The notes beneath the pieces were generated by a model. That model did not search any database. It was not told where the DNA came from and saw only the letters and a list, made by a program, of their open reading frames with translations. A stretch of 49,274 bases of DNA, filler included, from Streblomastix strix (lineage: Eukaryota): the NCBI GenBank assembly GCA_008636045.1. It is 3 parts of 3 records of this genome, joined end to end, with 100 filler letters (N's around TTAATTAATTAA, not from the genome) between each part and the next. Parts side by side here need not be neighbours in the genome. Positions count along the whole stretch, not along the records: positions 16,460 to 32,817 come from SNRW01000830.1; positions 32,918 to 49,274 come from SNRW01000831.1; 1 more part is not named here. One strand, given 5' to 3'. Below, in pieces: positions 27,173-40,184 of the stretch (the stretch's first letter is position 1; each line of letters starts with the position of its first letter). A program made the translations under genes and the position numbers.

Positions 27173-28543
27173 AAAATTAAATATAAATATATTTGTAAAT
27201 CGCTGAATAAAAATTGTATTACCATGATTTCTAAATTCAAAATAAAATTAAATACCAAAATATTATAAGATTATTTATTTTGTTTTAAATATGACAGTGG
27301 CAAATGAAAACAAGGCATGTTTTTTTTAAAATTAATTAAGTTTTTTAAGTAATGTTAATGGAAGAAAGAATTTTTATGTAGTTATATTAAAATAATTTCT
27401 ATAATAATAATCAAATTTTTATATTTCATATTAATTTATCAAACCATTTTTTAATAATAATTATAATTGAAAATGGTTATTTATGGATTATTTAATAAAA
27501 ATAATGAATTTGAAATAATTTGATGATATAAACCGTAATCCGTATCGTAATGATTTGGTGGGAACCTAGAGGTCTAAGACGCTATTTTATGTTTGTTTTG
27601 TTATGAAACAAAGTATAAATAATTAAATATGTATGAAAATTAAATAAACTCTTATAGTATAGCTGTTTCCGTGGTGTGCAATCAGCCAGTAACAAAATGC
27701 GACAAAGTGTAACATGGTCATGCGATATGACAGAATGGGACGTATGTTTCCATTTGCATGTTATGATGAATATATTAGTTAAGTAGTCCAAATATAAATA
27801 GTGATGGACAAATTACTCGATTTTCAAACTTTCGATTGGTTATTTATATTTTAGATCTGGTAAAACATAAATTAATTATATTTCATTTTTTAATCCATTT
27901 GAAGTTTTTAATGAATAATACCTTTAATTTTGATGTTTCCTCATCTTCTCAGCAATATTCACTAGTGTATTTGTAACTAATATTCCTCCTTCATCAAATT
28001 TTATTATTTAGCAGATTTTAGCATAATAACGATTATCTATTACTTGATATAATAAATATTAATATAATTAAATAAAATTATTAAATTTCAAACCTTTATC
28101 AGATTTAAAATATTAAGATGTAAAATTGTTCGTTACATGATTGTATTTTCATTCTCAAGATTATCAAATGTAGTTCATTAACATTTCATTTTCATTTTTT
28201 ATACTATTTTTATTCATTATCTTCATTACTATCAGGGAATTAAATATTCAAAAGAATATATAAAAAGAATAAATTATAAAAATATAAATAAAAGTAATTT
28301 TTTCATACAAATCGATTATTAGTCTAAGTTTCATCATTCAAGACAATTGCACAATAATCATCATTTCCAATTCTTCTTTCGTTCATATTTTGGTTGTTCA
28401 CCTTCTACTGATATAACAATCAAATCATTTCTTTACTTATCAGCGTTCAAATAATTCAAATAAAATCTAAAATTTAATTTAATTCACTTAAACCGTTTAG
28501 CTATATGTATTCATTATTGTTTATAATTATTAAATAGTGAATG

Positions 28544-28626
28544 TATTTATTAATTATTAATATTATTATAAATATAATTAGTAATTATATTTATTAGTTA
28601 TTAATATTATTATAAATATAATTAGA
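28544..28626 (+). repeat. Tandem duplication of a ~44-bp AT-rich unit
   Basis: ATTTATTA(A/G)TTATTAATATTATTATAAATATAATTAG occurs twice. Confidence 0.8.
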
Positions 28627-29199
28627 AAATATTAATGATATCAATAAAAATCAATCATGTTTATATATTTATTTGATGTATATATAAACGTGTACAAATT
28701 TTCAGTATTTTTATTATAAAATGTTCATAATGCCCTAAATATTTCAATTGTCGTTATTATATCGCCAAATATGCTGCGCGTCTCAATATAAATATCAATC
28801 TTTTCTTCTGATAAATTGCTACAGATCTTGAAGTGCAAGCAAATAAAACAAATATTTATTTACATTTTTGATATAAAAATCAATTGTTATAACATTTAAA
28901 ATTATTTCTAAATCTGAGATATTCTTGGGCAAATTTTATCCGATTGGCTTCTGATAAAACTGTCGGGAAAAATTTTTTTAGAAAAAAAAATGACCTGTTT
29001 CTCCATATCCGATATAGTTATGATCCTTCTTGTTAATTAGTCAAATTTTGGTGAGAAGATTCTTTTAATAGTGATACGATATTTAGGAATAGTGCATGGA
29101 ACAGAGGTGCATGAAGTAGAGATTTAGTGTTGTATGAAGTGATTAGAGTTTGATTAAGATCCTCGCAATCAGAGAGAGTTTTTATCATCAGTATGATTC

Positions 29200-30480
29200 G
29201 AGTAATTATTGAACTTGAAGCTTGATCGCTTATGTTCGCGATTAAATCCCCCTCTAGGCTTGAATCAGAAACTTATCTTGATCTAACTCTTCCTTCCTCT
29301 GCTCAAACTATTGTATCTTGTAAAAGTGTTCCCAAACTTTCTTCCTCCAATATTTATTTATTTCCCTGTCATTCATATGAATGTTTCTTTTGTTTGCAAC
29401 AATTGGATATCCTCAGTTTAGAGACCTTAGCATACTCCTTCTAACCTTGATTCTCTTTCAATCTGAGAATCAGCAAGAGATACAAGCGATGTTTCAAGAA
29501 TTTTAAACATTTTTCATACTAGATTATTCGTTTCATTCAATACTGCATCATTAATCAGCATCGCCATTCCATGAGTAACTGTCACTATAGATTCAAGTGA
29601 TTTCCGTGCATATCGAGGTCCTTCATTCTTCAGCAGAGTTCAAACTTCAGGCATTGGTATGATAGTAATGGTTTCATCTCAAGATATTTCTTCAAAAAGC
29701 TTCCGCCTCGCGACAGGTTTGAACATGTAACTTAGCATGTCGATTTTCGAAGCTTGCTTCCCCAGCACACCTTCAAATGTAGTTACAAGATCCTAAACAA
29801 CGTTATGATCCGCCTGATAGTTGAACTTCAAGTTCTGCTGCTTCTTCTGTTGGAACTAAATTTACAATGAATTCGAATTGATATTTCCAACAGACTGGCA
29901 TTCATCTCGCTTAAGCCTAACTGGTATCCTCTTTGGTGGTACAAATGCATCACTGATGGGTTGCTTGTTATCCCTGAAGGTAGCATATTGTTATTGCGAT
30001 CGAATTGCTTCGTTCAGATGAGAAGATTTTATTTATGCGGCGTCAGCGAGTATATTAGCTGAACAGATCTTCATGTCCTCTGGAGACTCAAATTCCCAAA
30101 AATTATAATGTAGCTCTTCAACAGTGTTTGGTTCAAAATTTCCGTTCTCTCCAACAATTTCTTTTGCTTGGCCTCGAAAGCGTACAGAAACTTCGCCGTC
30201 CCTTTCATTGACGTAAACCTCGCACTCCTTCGAATCCATATGCTTGTCCTCCAATTGAGAATAATTGTCTCCATCTTCTTCCAAAATATGTTTCAGATTC
30301 TTTGGAAGGTTAGAAAGTTAAGTTATCGACGAACAATAAAATATCTTCTGAGTGGGTTCTTGTGGTTCGGATATTTGTTTGGGAATGTCTATACGAGATG
30401 GATCCCTTTAAGAGTACACTTCGTTTTACTTAATATAATCGCTCTTATGCGAATGTTAGCCTCATTTTCGGTTGAATGAA
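29200..30480 (-). pseudogene. Repetitive-element ORF, probably DIRS gag-like, decayed
   Basis: Homologous to 31900-32730: SANILADAA/NAAILAEAA, QDLVTTFEGV/QDIRATFEGI, KLFEEIS*/KLFQEISW, RKSLES/RSALES. Confidence 0.55.
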
Positions 30481-31899
30481 CCCAATGCCATTGCTTACAG
30501 TCTCAGAATAAAAATGTAGTCCAAATTAAGTGGATGCTAGATAATTTCGTAATTAAATGGAGAAATTGTTATAAATAACTATAAAATATAACATGATATA
30601 ATATAATTTAATAATAATTGTCTATTAACTATAATCAATATATACATTATTTGTTACTTTATGTTTTATTATATATATTTATATTCATTCAATAACTAAT
30701 CTATATATTATTTTATCGATAGTGAAGACTGGAACGGATTAATTGACAGTTTGTTGAAGAAATGCACATTGGATGGAATTGCAACATGCCAAGATACTAT
30801 AAATGCAAATATAAATAAAGAATAGAATATTGGATTAAATAAAGATTAGAATTAATATTATTTTTAATTACTGAATGATTTACTTTCAAAAGTTAATCGA
30901 ACTGAGATTATTTAGTTCAGAAAACAGCGTAAATTCGTTGGAAATAAGAAAGTGACAAGATATATGATTAAGTTTAATAATAAAAATATTATTAGTAATA
31001 ATAGTTAAAAATAATAATTAAGCAATGAATATAAATAATAAAGATTCAAATAAATATGGAAAGAAGGAGAAATTATAAGAATTACATAATTGATGGAATA
31101 TATTAAATAAAAAGAAGCAAGATTAAAATTTAACTACAATATCGATAATTATTTGCAATTAAATTAATAACAATAACAATAATAATTATCTAATCAATAC
31201 CAATAATCATCATCATCTTTTTCTTCTCACCAATCCCACACCATATACGAACACATGTCTCCAATATCTTCATACTTATGCATAATTTCACTTTCTAATG
31301 TCAATTTCTCCAATATATACCTAGATATAAATTATACTGAAAGAGGAATAAGTGCCAATATGCAGATGAACTCGTTCTTTGTGTCTGCGAGTCCGCATAT
31401 GATGTATTAGATCAGTAATTGTTTGTTTTAGAAGTTTGATGAATAGGATAGAAAATAATTTAATTAATAATTATATATTTTAATTTTATAGTTATTAATT
31501 ATTTTATTATTTGAATTTGAATTATTATTTAAAAATTTTAATTTAAATTATTTATTATTTATTTATTTTTTATTTTATTTTATTTATTTAGTGCAACTCA
31601 CTTTCTGATTGACTTAAATGTTGGTGAAAAAAGTTAAATAATTTCAGATATATCCAATATAACTTTTGGCAGGTAATTAAACAACCAGGATAAACCTAAT
31701 TATCTAAGCATCCATATATGGAGCTACCTTTTATTTGAGACTTGCCAACCCGTACAATGGGTCAGTCAACAAAAACACGTGCAAATTGTTCAAAAATGGC
31801 TGAACCCCACGGTTCAGAATTATCATCAGACGAAGGTCCTAAACGAGCCTGTTCGCTTCTGAAGGACAAAATTGGTCAATATAGCTATGGCTATGGTGA

Positions 31900-32730
31900 C
31901 GTGGCGATTTTATCTTAACCGCAATCCTCTTCGTCGTCAGACATCATAAAGCCCGTGGATATGAGCAAATACAAGGTGATTGAAGATGATTTTATGGAGG
32001 AGCAAAGTTGTAAGGTTTATTGGAGCGAGCTGACGGGACAGGTCCACATTTTCAGGCGCGGAAAGTTTTTGTCGATTGCGAAAGAGGTCGGCATTTTCCA
32101 AGCGCATACTGATGTTCGACTGGATGCAGACTTCGGGGACTTCGAATCGAAGGAAGATACGGCTCTTTGGAACGCTGCAATCTTGGCGGAGGCGGCTGTT
32201 GCGCGAGCGGAAAGTTTGAAGAACAAAGTGAAGCATGTACATTCGTAATTGGCAACTGAATCATAGTCTACTAGCTCGAGCTCATATGATAACCTTGTTG
32301 CATCTATGTGACCAGTTAAAAGAAAGCGTGAGAATGAAGCTCAGCAGGAATAACTTGAAAATTAGACCAGAGCTTCGCTACAGGATCAGTTTTATGCTGA
32401 AAGAAGGAGAGTAGCTAAGTTTAACACTATAGAAGATATAAAGGTGGCCTAGGACATTAGAGCTACGTTCGAAGGGATTATGAAGGTGGATGCAGAAAAG
32501 GCAGATATGCTGAATTATCGTCTTAATCCAATTTAGAGAGAAAAACTATTTTAAGAAATCTCGTGGGGCAGTGAAACGTGATATTCCCGGTTCCTAAAGT
32601 AGAGCCTGCGTTACCAGAAGAGAAGAGAGGCCTAGCAAGGAGCGCTCTTGAGTCTGCGGTAGCGGTAAATCAAGGTGTGGCGAGTTTTATTGAGGATATT
32701 GCCAGAAATAATACTAATAAACTAGTGGGC
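31900..32730 (+). pseudogene. Repetitive-element ORF, probably DIRS gag-like, truncated by an inversion
   Basis: Track ORFs 31955 and 32578 are pieces of one code-6 gene; paralog at 29200-30480. Confidence 0.55.
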
Positions 32731-32817
32731 AAAATGTGGACCTGCCCCGTCAGCTCGTTCCAATAAACCTTGCAACCTTGCTCCTCCATAAAATCATCTC
32801 CAATCACCTTGTATTTG
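32731..32817 (-). repeat. 87-bp inverted copy of 31966-32052 at the contig end
   Basis: 82/87 identity by manual comparison; all five differences are transitions. Confidence 0.95.
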
Positions 32818-32917
32818 NNNNNNNNNNNNNNNNNNNNNNNNNNNNNNNNNNNNNNNNNNNNTTAATTAATTAANNNNNNNNNNNNNNNNNNNNNNNNNNN
32901 NNNNNNNNNNNNNNNNN
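32818..32917. other. Artificial contig-joining spacer
   Basis: Same 100-nt N/TTAATTAATTAA linker. Confidence 0.98.
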
Positions 32918-33039
32918 TTAATGAAAAAGAGCCATGCCCTCACATTGATAAACACGATGATTTGCCCACATCAGAAATAACCAGTGATATTACGAATTCC
33001 TGACATATGAAAAACAAATGAATTATCCAGAACCGAAAA
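32918..33039 (+). repeat. 122-bp perfect direct repeat of the contig end (49153-49274); diverged copy near 45342
   Basis: TTAATGAAAAAGAGCCATGCCC...CCAGAACCGAAAA identical at both contig ends. Confidence 0.97.
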
Positions 33040-33042
33040 TCA

Positions 33043-34138
33043 AGAAATTAACTTAATTATTATCTACTCATAATTAATATATGGCCTTTAGTTTTTATTA
33101 CTTACGGTTCTTAGTTGATGATTGTCATTTTATTATCGATGATATTAAATAGTTAGTTACTTATGATAGACATACTAAATTTAATGCTTTCGTTAATGAG
33201 TTTATGAATAAACGTATTGAAGCTATCAAGCAAAAGAATAGTGATTTGGATAAATTTTGTTGGATGATTTTAAATGCTTTTTAAGGATCAGATAGTATAA
33301 ACACTGAGAAATATAATAAGATCAAGCTATATACTAAAGAAATGACTATAGAAGCCCATACTAAATAATCATGGATGAATGATCGTAAATTAGCGGATAA
33401 CCTTTATACTGTTCAATTTAATCCAAAAAATTGCAAGTATAAAGCATGTCTTCAAGTAGCATATATTACACTAGACAATGTTAAGTATTTTGGTATATTA
33501 ATTTCATTTATAATTTCATGTATAAATGTTTGGATATGAATAAATTTCATTTTGTTGAAGGAGATACTGATTCAGCTTATTAAGCAATTAGTGGACGATA
33601 AGTAATTAAAGGTGATAACAATTAATAAGAGAATGAAGATATCTTTCACCAAGGATTCAAATATGTCATCAAGGACTAGTAGTTCTATGACACTAACGCA
33701 AAATATTTCTTTCCAACGATCGATGGCGATAAATAAGATGAGAAGAAATTTCTAGGTTAATCTTTCGAAAATGCAAGTGATGAGATGTTTGCATTAGCTC
33801 CAAAGAATTTATATATTCATAAATTTAAACGTAATTAATTGACCGATGTAATTAAACTTAAAGGAGTTAATCTAAGATAGAATAGCATAAACAAATAGGA
33901 TGTGATTGATAATATCGTTAAAGGAAAAATTTCACAAGGAACTAATATTCGATTAGGTTAATAATCAGATTAACTATAAGAAGGATAATTTTCAAAGTTT
34001 TATTGTATGAGTAGGTTGTTATCAACTAAGAATGCGTTAACCGGCATATAAACTAAGATAGTTGTACTTATAAATAGTTAGAGTTGTATACCGTTTATCT
34101 ATAGATTATCTGCTGATAGTTATATAGACTCAAGTTGA
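33043..34138 (+). pseudogene. pPolB C-terminal half (5'-truncated)
   Basis: KLTQLLSTH, motif B region MILNAFQGSDSINTEKY, motif C HFVEGDTDS, FALAPKN, KLKGVN, ends YIDSS*. Confidence 0.92.
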
Positions 34139-34139
34139 T

Positions 34140-35223
34140 TTAGTTTTCTTTCTAAGCTATTTTTTACCATGTTTTCTTTTAAGTTCTTTCTATGCTTCTA
34201 TCTATGAAAGCATTTATTTTTTCACTTATGTAATTCTTTTTAGTTTTAGCTTAATTTACTTTCTCTGCTTTAGTTAATACATTGTTCATTTATATTAGAT
34301 GGTGTTTTATCATTAATTCCCATATTTATTCTCTTCAGACGGAATTGAACACTATTAAGAGAATTTAATCCCCAATCCATTGACCCTAACTTATAATTCA
34401 TTGCTTAATTCATATTGATCATTTATTAAGCTTTTAATTCTTCAATTTGTCTTTATTCTTCTTCTTTTTATAAGATTATCTTTTATTCTTATGGTTATTA
34501 TGTTTATTAAAGTGCTGCAATTGGTGGTGTATGTTGTATACCAAGTAATTCATTATTACCTAATTATTCCGTTTGATTCATAGTCTAAAACTCCTTATCT
34601 TATTCAAGCACCTATTCTTTCTCTTTTTCGTTTCCTTATTCTAGAGTAATTTATCTTTCTAATTTTTAATTTATAGATTCTTCTTTATTTCCTATATCTT
34701 ATGATGCTTAATCTTATAACACTTTGAGATTATCATAAGGTTATACATCTTAATATTTATATATTCCTGAGGCAATTTACGCATTAACATTAGATATTGC
34801 AACTATCGAAGGATCATCTATTCCAACTTAATTATTATATATATTTTTTGCCATAGCCTATATATATATCTAATCATATAATAGATTCTAAGCTAATGAG
34901 TGTCTTGAAATATCATCTAATGTTTTATATGATTATTTTTCAGTTCAATATTTACTGATTATATCATCTTATTTTCTATTGTAGAATGATATTGTATCAT
35001 TTAATCCTAGCAGTTATATTGCTTCTTAACTTAGTTTCTTATGATTCAAATCAAAGTATTAATTAATATAATCTATCCTTGTGTTAGCAATTTTCGATGT
35101 TGATATATAATTATTAAGGCTTTCTCTTAATACAGTAACAGTATCATTTCATTAACGTTTAAGACTAATTTTATCAGATAGTTTTTAAAGTGTTTCTTTA
35201 GTTGCATTTGATATGTTAGTCAT
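34140..35223 (-). pseudogene. Hypothetical viral protein, decayed
   Basis: MTNISNATKETLQKLSDKISLK start, coding-like in code 6 with internal TGA; 3' end approximate. Confidence 0.4.
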
Positions 35224-35239
35224 TTTAATCCACTAAAAA

Positions 35240-35470
35240 ATGTACGTACAAGAATATATGATATATAGTTAATTCTTATCATCATTACCCTGTTTAGCTA
35301 CTAAGTCAGATCCAACTATAAAACTTCGATTCATTCTACGTTAATATAATAAACGATTGAAGATGGAATAATTAAAATAGATAATGGAATAAGTATAAGT
35401 AAACAGTTAAGAAGCATTGCTATTATTGATGATTATGTTGCATAACAAAAGATTAAGAAAAATTAATTGA
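35240..35470 (+). CDS. Small hypothetical viral protein (76 aa)
   Basis: Intact code-6 ORF MYVQEYMIYSQFLSSLP...HNKRLRKIN*. Confidence 0.5.
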
Positions 35471-35500
35471 TTAATAAAAATCAAACCTTTGGTTTCGTTT

Positions 35501-35844
35501 TCATTCTTCATCTTTATCTTTATCTTATATTTGTTTTTGTTTATATTTCTCAAATATATTAAGTATAGTGATTATATCTTATTCCTCTACCTTTACCTTT
35601 TAAATTTGTCGAATTGCGGAATGTTATAATTCGGTAATTGATTATCTAAATTATTTAGTGATTTCATATTGTTTCTTTTTAAATACTCTTCGTTATTCTC
35701 TTGCTTTATTTTTAGCTTCTTCTACTGTATTATATTTCTTAGGTCTACCACATTTAACACTTTATTTTCATTCATATTTAAGTTTTTAATTAATAACAAC
35801 TTCATTAGCGGCATAAATGCTAGGAGTAGATTAAATATCATCAT
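35501..35844 (-). pseudogene. Small AT-hook-like DNA-binding protein
   Basis: KCGRPKKYNTVEEAKNKAREQRRVFKKK; one internal TGA; start uncertain. Confidence 0.6.
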
Positions 35845-35852
35845 TGTTTTAT

Positions 35853-35879
35853 TTAGCAGAGCTCAAACTAATAATTTCA
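35853..35879 (-). terminator. Stop-anchored double mini-hairpin after integrase
   Basis: TGAAATTATTAGTTTGAGCTCTGCTAA follows ...TFLPNEYGHNQ. Confidence 0.55.
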
Positions 35880-37136
35880 TTAATTATGTCCATATTCATT
35901 AGGTAAAAAAGTCTATTTATATTTAATATCTAATTTTCTAGATCATCACTTACCTTCTTGGCGATGGTTTCAATAATCTACAGATTATATTCCCATGCTA
36001 ATACTTCTCAAATATTGCGAACTCATTAAATTATCTACGCTGTTTTTTGAATTAATGAAATTTCTTTGATAAATCAAGGCGAATCAGTATAATATTCCCT
36101 TTCATTAATTTTGTGAGTTAATTCTACGGATATTTAACAACATTTAACTTCTTCATCTAACATCGTATATATTTACCTTCCAAATGTTCATCTTTATTAA
36201 CCTATGACGGATTATACTTTGAATCAAAAGCACTATAAAGCTTATCATTATAGTATTTAACTATCTATTACATTAACTTAGTATTAGTCATATCTTTATC
36301 GATGAAAGCATCTCTAATGGTACGAATAACTCTGTCAACTACTCTATTTTTATTAGTGAATTTTGATTTACTCGAGTAATATTATATATGATGGGACTAT
36401 AAAAAGTCTTAGATCATTTTACTTCAAATGACGCTTTCACAATCAGACCTTAGATTAGTTACATATTAATATTTAATCAATTAATCGAGACACCTTAATA
36501 TTTCTTCTTATGTTTTTTCTTTATCTTATAAACAACTAAGAATTTAGTATTGATATTAATACAGAATACGTAATCTTATTTATCAACCAATACTATATCT
36601 ATTTCCCATGATCCTAATGATTTAGAGAAGTAAGGTCTATTGAATTGCTTCAATGGTTTTAATTTTAATCCTTTATCTTATTTGATCTATTGAACGGATT
36701 TCAAACGTCCTATTAATCTACATCAACCAATTTAAGTCCATCATCCTTTTATTTTACCTTTGATTTAATTATGTGATGTTCTTAAAATTTATATACGTAT
36801 TACTTATATAACTCAGCTATTGTTTTAACATGTTTTACTTTAGAACCAAAACCTGATTCTGTGAATTATTTTTCTAAGTCATTTGAGGTAAATTTGATTT
36901 TAAATTAATGATTCAAAATATTTAGAAAGTCTTTCAAACTTAACGTATTTATTTCGTAAGCATTATCATTAATAAATATATTAATTTTAATGCAAAAATA
37001 ATTAAAATCATTTATGACATATATCACTTTCGCAAGCATATTTAGTGACAAAGTTGAATATCTATTTGAATAGTTCATGCCAATCAATACTGATTGATTC
37101 AAGTGCAACTATCATAGTCTAATTGAATATCTCCAT
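35877..37136 (-). pseudogene. Retroviral-type (rve/DDE) integrase
   Basis: RPYFSKSLGSWEIDIV, YVFCININTKFLVVY, NLRSDCES, SKFTNKNRVVDRVIRTIRDAF. Confidence 0.85.
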
Positions 37137-37153
37137 TTAATTTAATTTTAAAA

Positions 37154-38617
37154 TCATTGAATATATTGCAACTCTAATAGTAAATTGTTATATATATCTA
37201 TAAACTAATTAAGTATTCTTCGTCCAAAATTTTCATACAATTTAAATATAAAGGATCTATTCGTACCCATTAATCCAGTCTATAATAGCATATTCTATCC
37301 CCAAAGAACAGGTGCACCGATTAGATTCTATTTATAACACACATTTGAAAATCTTACGTTGTTAATGGTTTACATTATTGAACCATACATTTGATTATTA
37401 ACACATATAATTAGCATCTGAGGATACTCTAAGAAATTATCGATGTAAGGGCAAAAAATGGATATATCCGATAATAATGAATATTAATTTTATTTAATTT
37501 TATAGAACCAATTTTATAAGTCTATTATTTTTTTGTTAGATATAATAATAGCCAATTGATTAGCATTATTTCTTTTACCATCATACAAATCTAATCCACC
37601 GGTTAATTATAGACATAAGTTGTTAGATAATACTATGCTATTAATGTACCAATTTTAATGTGAATTAGAGTTGTATTTATTAACTACTGTTTGAATATAT
37701 TACCCATATTAATTTAGTAGTTAACATTCAATATATATATCCTTCTATTATTATACCTTTAATGCAGGTAATGAACATATCACTCTAATGGGAAATGTAT
37801 TAATGTTATTGCTAATTTATTATATCGTTAATGCTTATACATTAATTGGAATGGTTTTAGTTTCAATTAAATTTCCATTCGTTAATGTTATCTATTTCCC
37901 ATAATTATACCTTAAATTAATGGAATATGACTAATCCATACCCTATAGTTTAGATTCAATGGATGTTATGAAGTTATTAGCAGTTGGTTCATATATTCTT
38001 ACTAGACCAATACATCGATAAGCTATTGCTAAATCTGTATCAAAGATCCAATAATGATATAAAATAGCATCCAAACATAAATTGGTATAGTTTAATGCAG
38101 AACTACATATATCTGTTCCATTATTTATATTCAAATTGTATGTGTTATTCTAATATTTTTGAGTATGTTCAATTACACCGTTATTGAAACAAATAGAATT
38201 GGAGTTAATACTGTTGACTAGTTCGAAATACTATTCCTGTGGGTCAATGAATTCGTTAAAATCGATTTATTTCAATGCGTTAACCAATGGATTATTCAGA
38301 GAAGATTATTTATTCGAATCTAATATATATATGTTATTTATTAAAATATTCATTTTAATTCTAATCAGTGGAATCTATTCGATATCTTATAGTTTATAAG
38401 AGTCATTTGTATTCTTAATTTATTGATTCAAATTTATTCCTTTTAGATCATGTCGGATTTCAATATAATCATCGTTAATGAAGAAGTTTATATTTAAAGG
38501 TATATTGATCTTGCTATTAATTTAAAATTATCTATATCCAGTTGGGGCTTAAGCTATCCATTCAACATAATCCTTTTCGCTATCATTATTAATTATTAAC
38601 AATCATATTTAAGCCAT
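37154..38617 (-). pseudogene. Viral structural-type protein, possibly minor capsid (penton)
   Basis: ~490-codon Asn/Ile-rich gene MAQI...LLELQYIQ* with disablements; penton identity is only a positional and compositional guess. Confidence 0.35.
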
Positions 38618-38638
38618 TTTAATCAAAAATAAACTTAG

Positions 38639-38665
38639 TTAGCAAAGTTCAAACTTATAGTTTCA
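38639..38665 (-). terminator. Stop-anchored double mini-hairpin after KilA-N gene
   Basis: TGAAACTATAAGTTTGAACTTTGCTAA follows ...ITQRSIH. Confidence 0.55.
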
Positions 38666-39492
38666 GTGGATTGATCTCTGTGTAATGGTTTATCTAATTA
38701 GTTTCATTATCTCAGTTTCATCTTATTCATTTGGAATAGTAAAACAAAGCTTTTTCATTTTAGTATCTCTTTCATTTAACATATCCTTAATGACATGATT
38801 AATTGATACTGCTATTGGTAAATTATCGATGAAAATAGTTGATCTTTATTCTATTAAAAGGTAATTATTAATACTATTATTATGTAACCTATGAACCTTG
38901 TAATACTCTGCATCAATGTCTTCGTTAATTAGTTCAACTGAGTATATATATAATCGTATTGTTTATCTTATGGAACTAATATTGGTATCATTTGTTAAAT
39001 TGTATTACTATAGTCAGTGTTTTCATGTTAAAGTTGTTCGATAAGTCGATTAGTACTAGCTTCAAAGTTTGTGTGTGTTTGTTAGCTATTTTTGTTAATT
39101 GAGTTCATTATATCCGTAAATATATCAAGATATTTAACACTTGTTTTCAAGCAAATAATATTATCTAATCTATGATGAATGTATGTTCCTCTAACTTCAT
39201 TTATTTATTCGTTGATTAATTGATATTCGAGTTGAGTGCCGGTCGGCTGAATTTCAGCCAGCCCCTTTTAATTTAAAAATTGCTTATATTCTCTATATTA
39301 AGGTGAACAGGTTATAATTTTATGTTTCTTATTTGTATTTTCTTTTTCATTAATAAATTAGGCTAATTTGGTAGCATTAACGTATCCATCCTAATCTCGT
39401 ATCATTATCTCAAATCAATTATATGTTTTGGTAGTGAAGATTTCGTTATTGGATGTAATTTAAGTTGCTGTTGGGTTAGTAATTTAAGCTAT
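38663..39492 (-). pseudogene. KilA-N domain protein
   Basis: IMIRDQDGYVNATKL and EVRGTYIHHRL; start codon reads ATA; internal TGA and frameshift. Confidence 0.85.
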
Positions 39493-39530
39493 TGGTAAAA
39501 TATTGGAAAAAATAAATATGTTGAAATAAA

Positions 39531-39557
39531 TTAGCAAAGCTTAAACCAAAGGTTTCA
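39531..39557 (-). terminator. Stop-anchored double mini-hairpin after small ORF
   Basis: TGAAACCTTTGGTTTAAGCTTTGCTAA follows ...VNDINFL. Confidence 0.55.
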
Positions 39558-39767
39558 TAAAAAATTTATATCATTAACAATTTCATTTATTTCCGTAAGA
39601 TATACCCTTTAGGTTAGTTTCTTAATGATTCTTTATTTTATTATATTTTTGTTTTTCTTCACTGTTTATCTTAATAATTCTTGTTAATTCAATAATGATT
39701 ATATCGTTTATAATTGTTAATAATGTATATTAATTAATTGCTATTCTTATGATGCAATTTAAGTCAT
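39555..39767 (-). CDS. Small hypothetical coiled-coil viral protein (70 aa)
   Basis: Intact code-6 ORF MTQIASQEQQLINIHYQQLQ...EINEIVNDINFL*. Confidence 0.55.
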
Positions 39768-40156
39768 TTAAATTAAAGATAAAAAAAATAAAAAAACAAT
39801 TCAATAATGATTCGAAGTATAATTAGTCTTCTTTCTATTGTTAATCAATCTATTATTTTTCTTCTTGTGTTAATTTTTTCAATTTGATCTTTTATGCTAT
39901 ATTGTTTACATCAATTGGGTATATATATTGATATTAACCATATTTCTTTAGCTATTTGTAGTACTTAGTTTTCCATTTTTAGATTCGGTTAATTAATAGA
40001 ATAGTTTGTTGAATAATCTTAGATCATTAAACTTATACTCACCAATCGCTTCAATAACCTTACCGTTAGTCTTAATATTATTTTGTAATTAACCGAATTT
40101 TTATTTATCTTATTCTGAATATTGCATTTAAATATATAATAAAATTAAAAAAATCA

Positions 40157-40184
40157 TTAGCAGAGCTCAAAACTATGGCTTTCA
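40157..40184 (-). terminator. Stop-anchored double mini-hairpin after pVI-like gene
   Basis: TGAAAGCCATAGTTTTGAGCTCTGCTAA (28 nt, first stem degenerate). Confidence 0.5.

Noticed and set aside
27800..31800. Possible intron-containing host gene pieces around the gag-like fragment
   Set aside because: Exon-like patches are visible but no recognisable protein or reliable gene model could be built by eye
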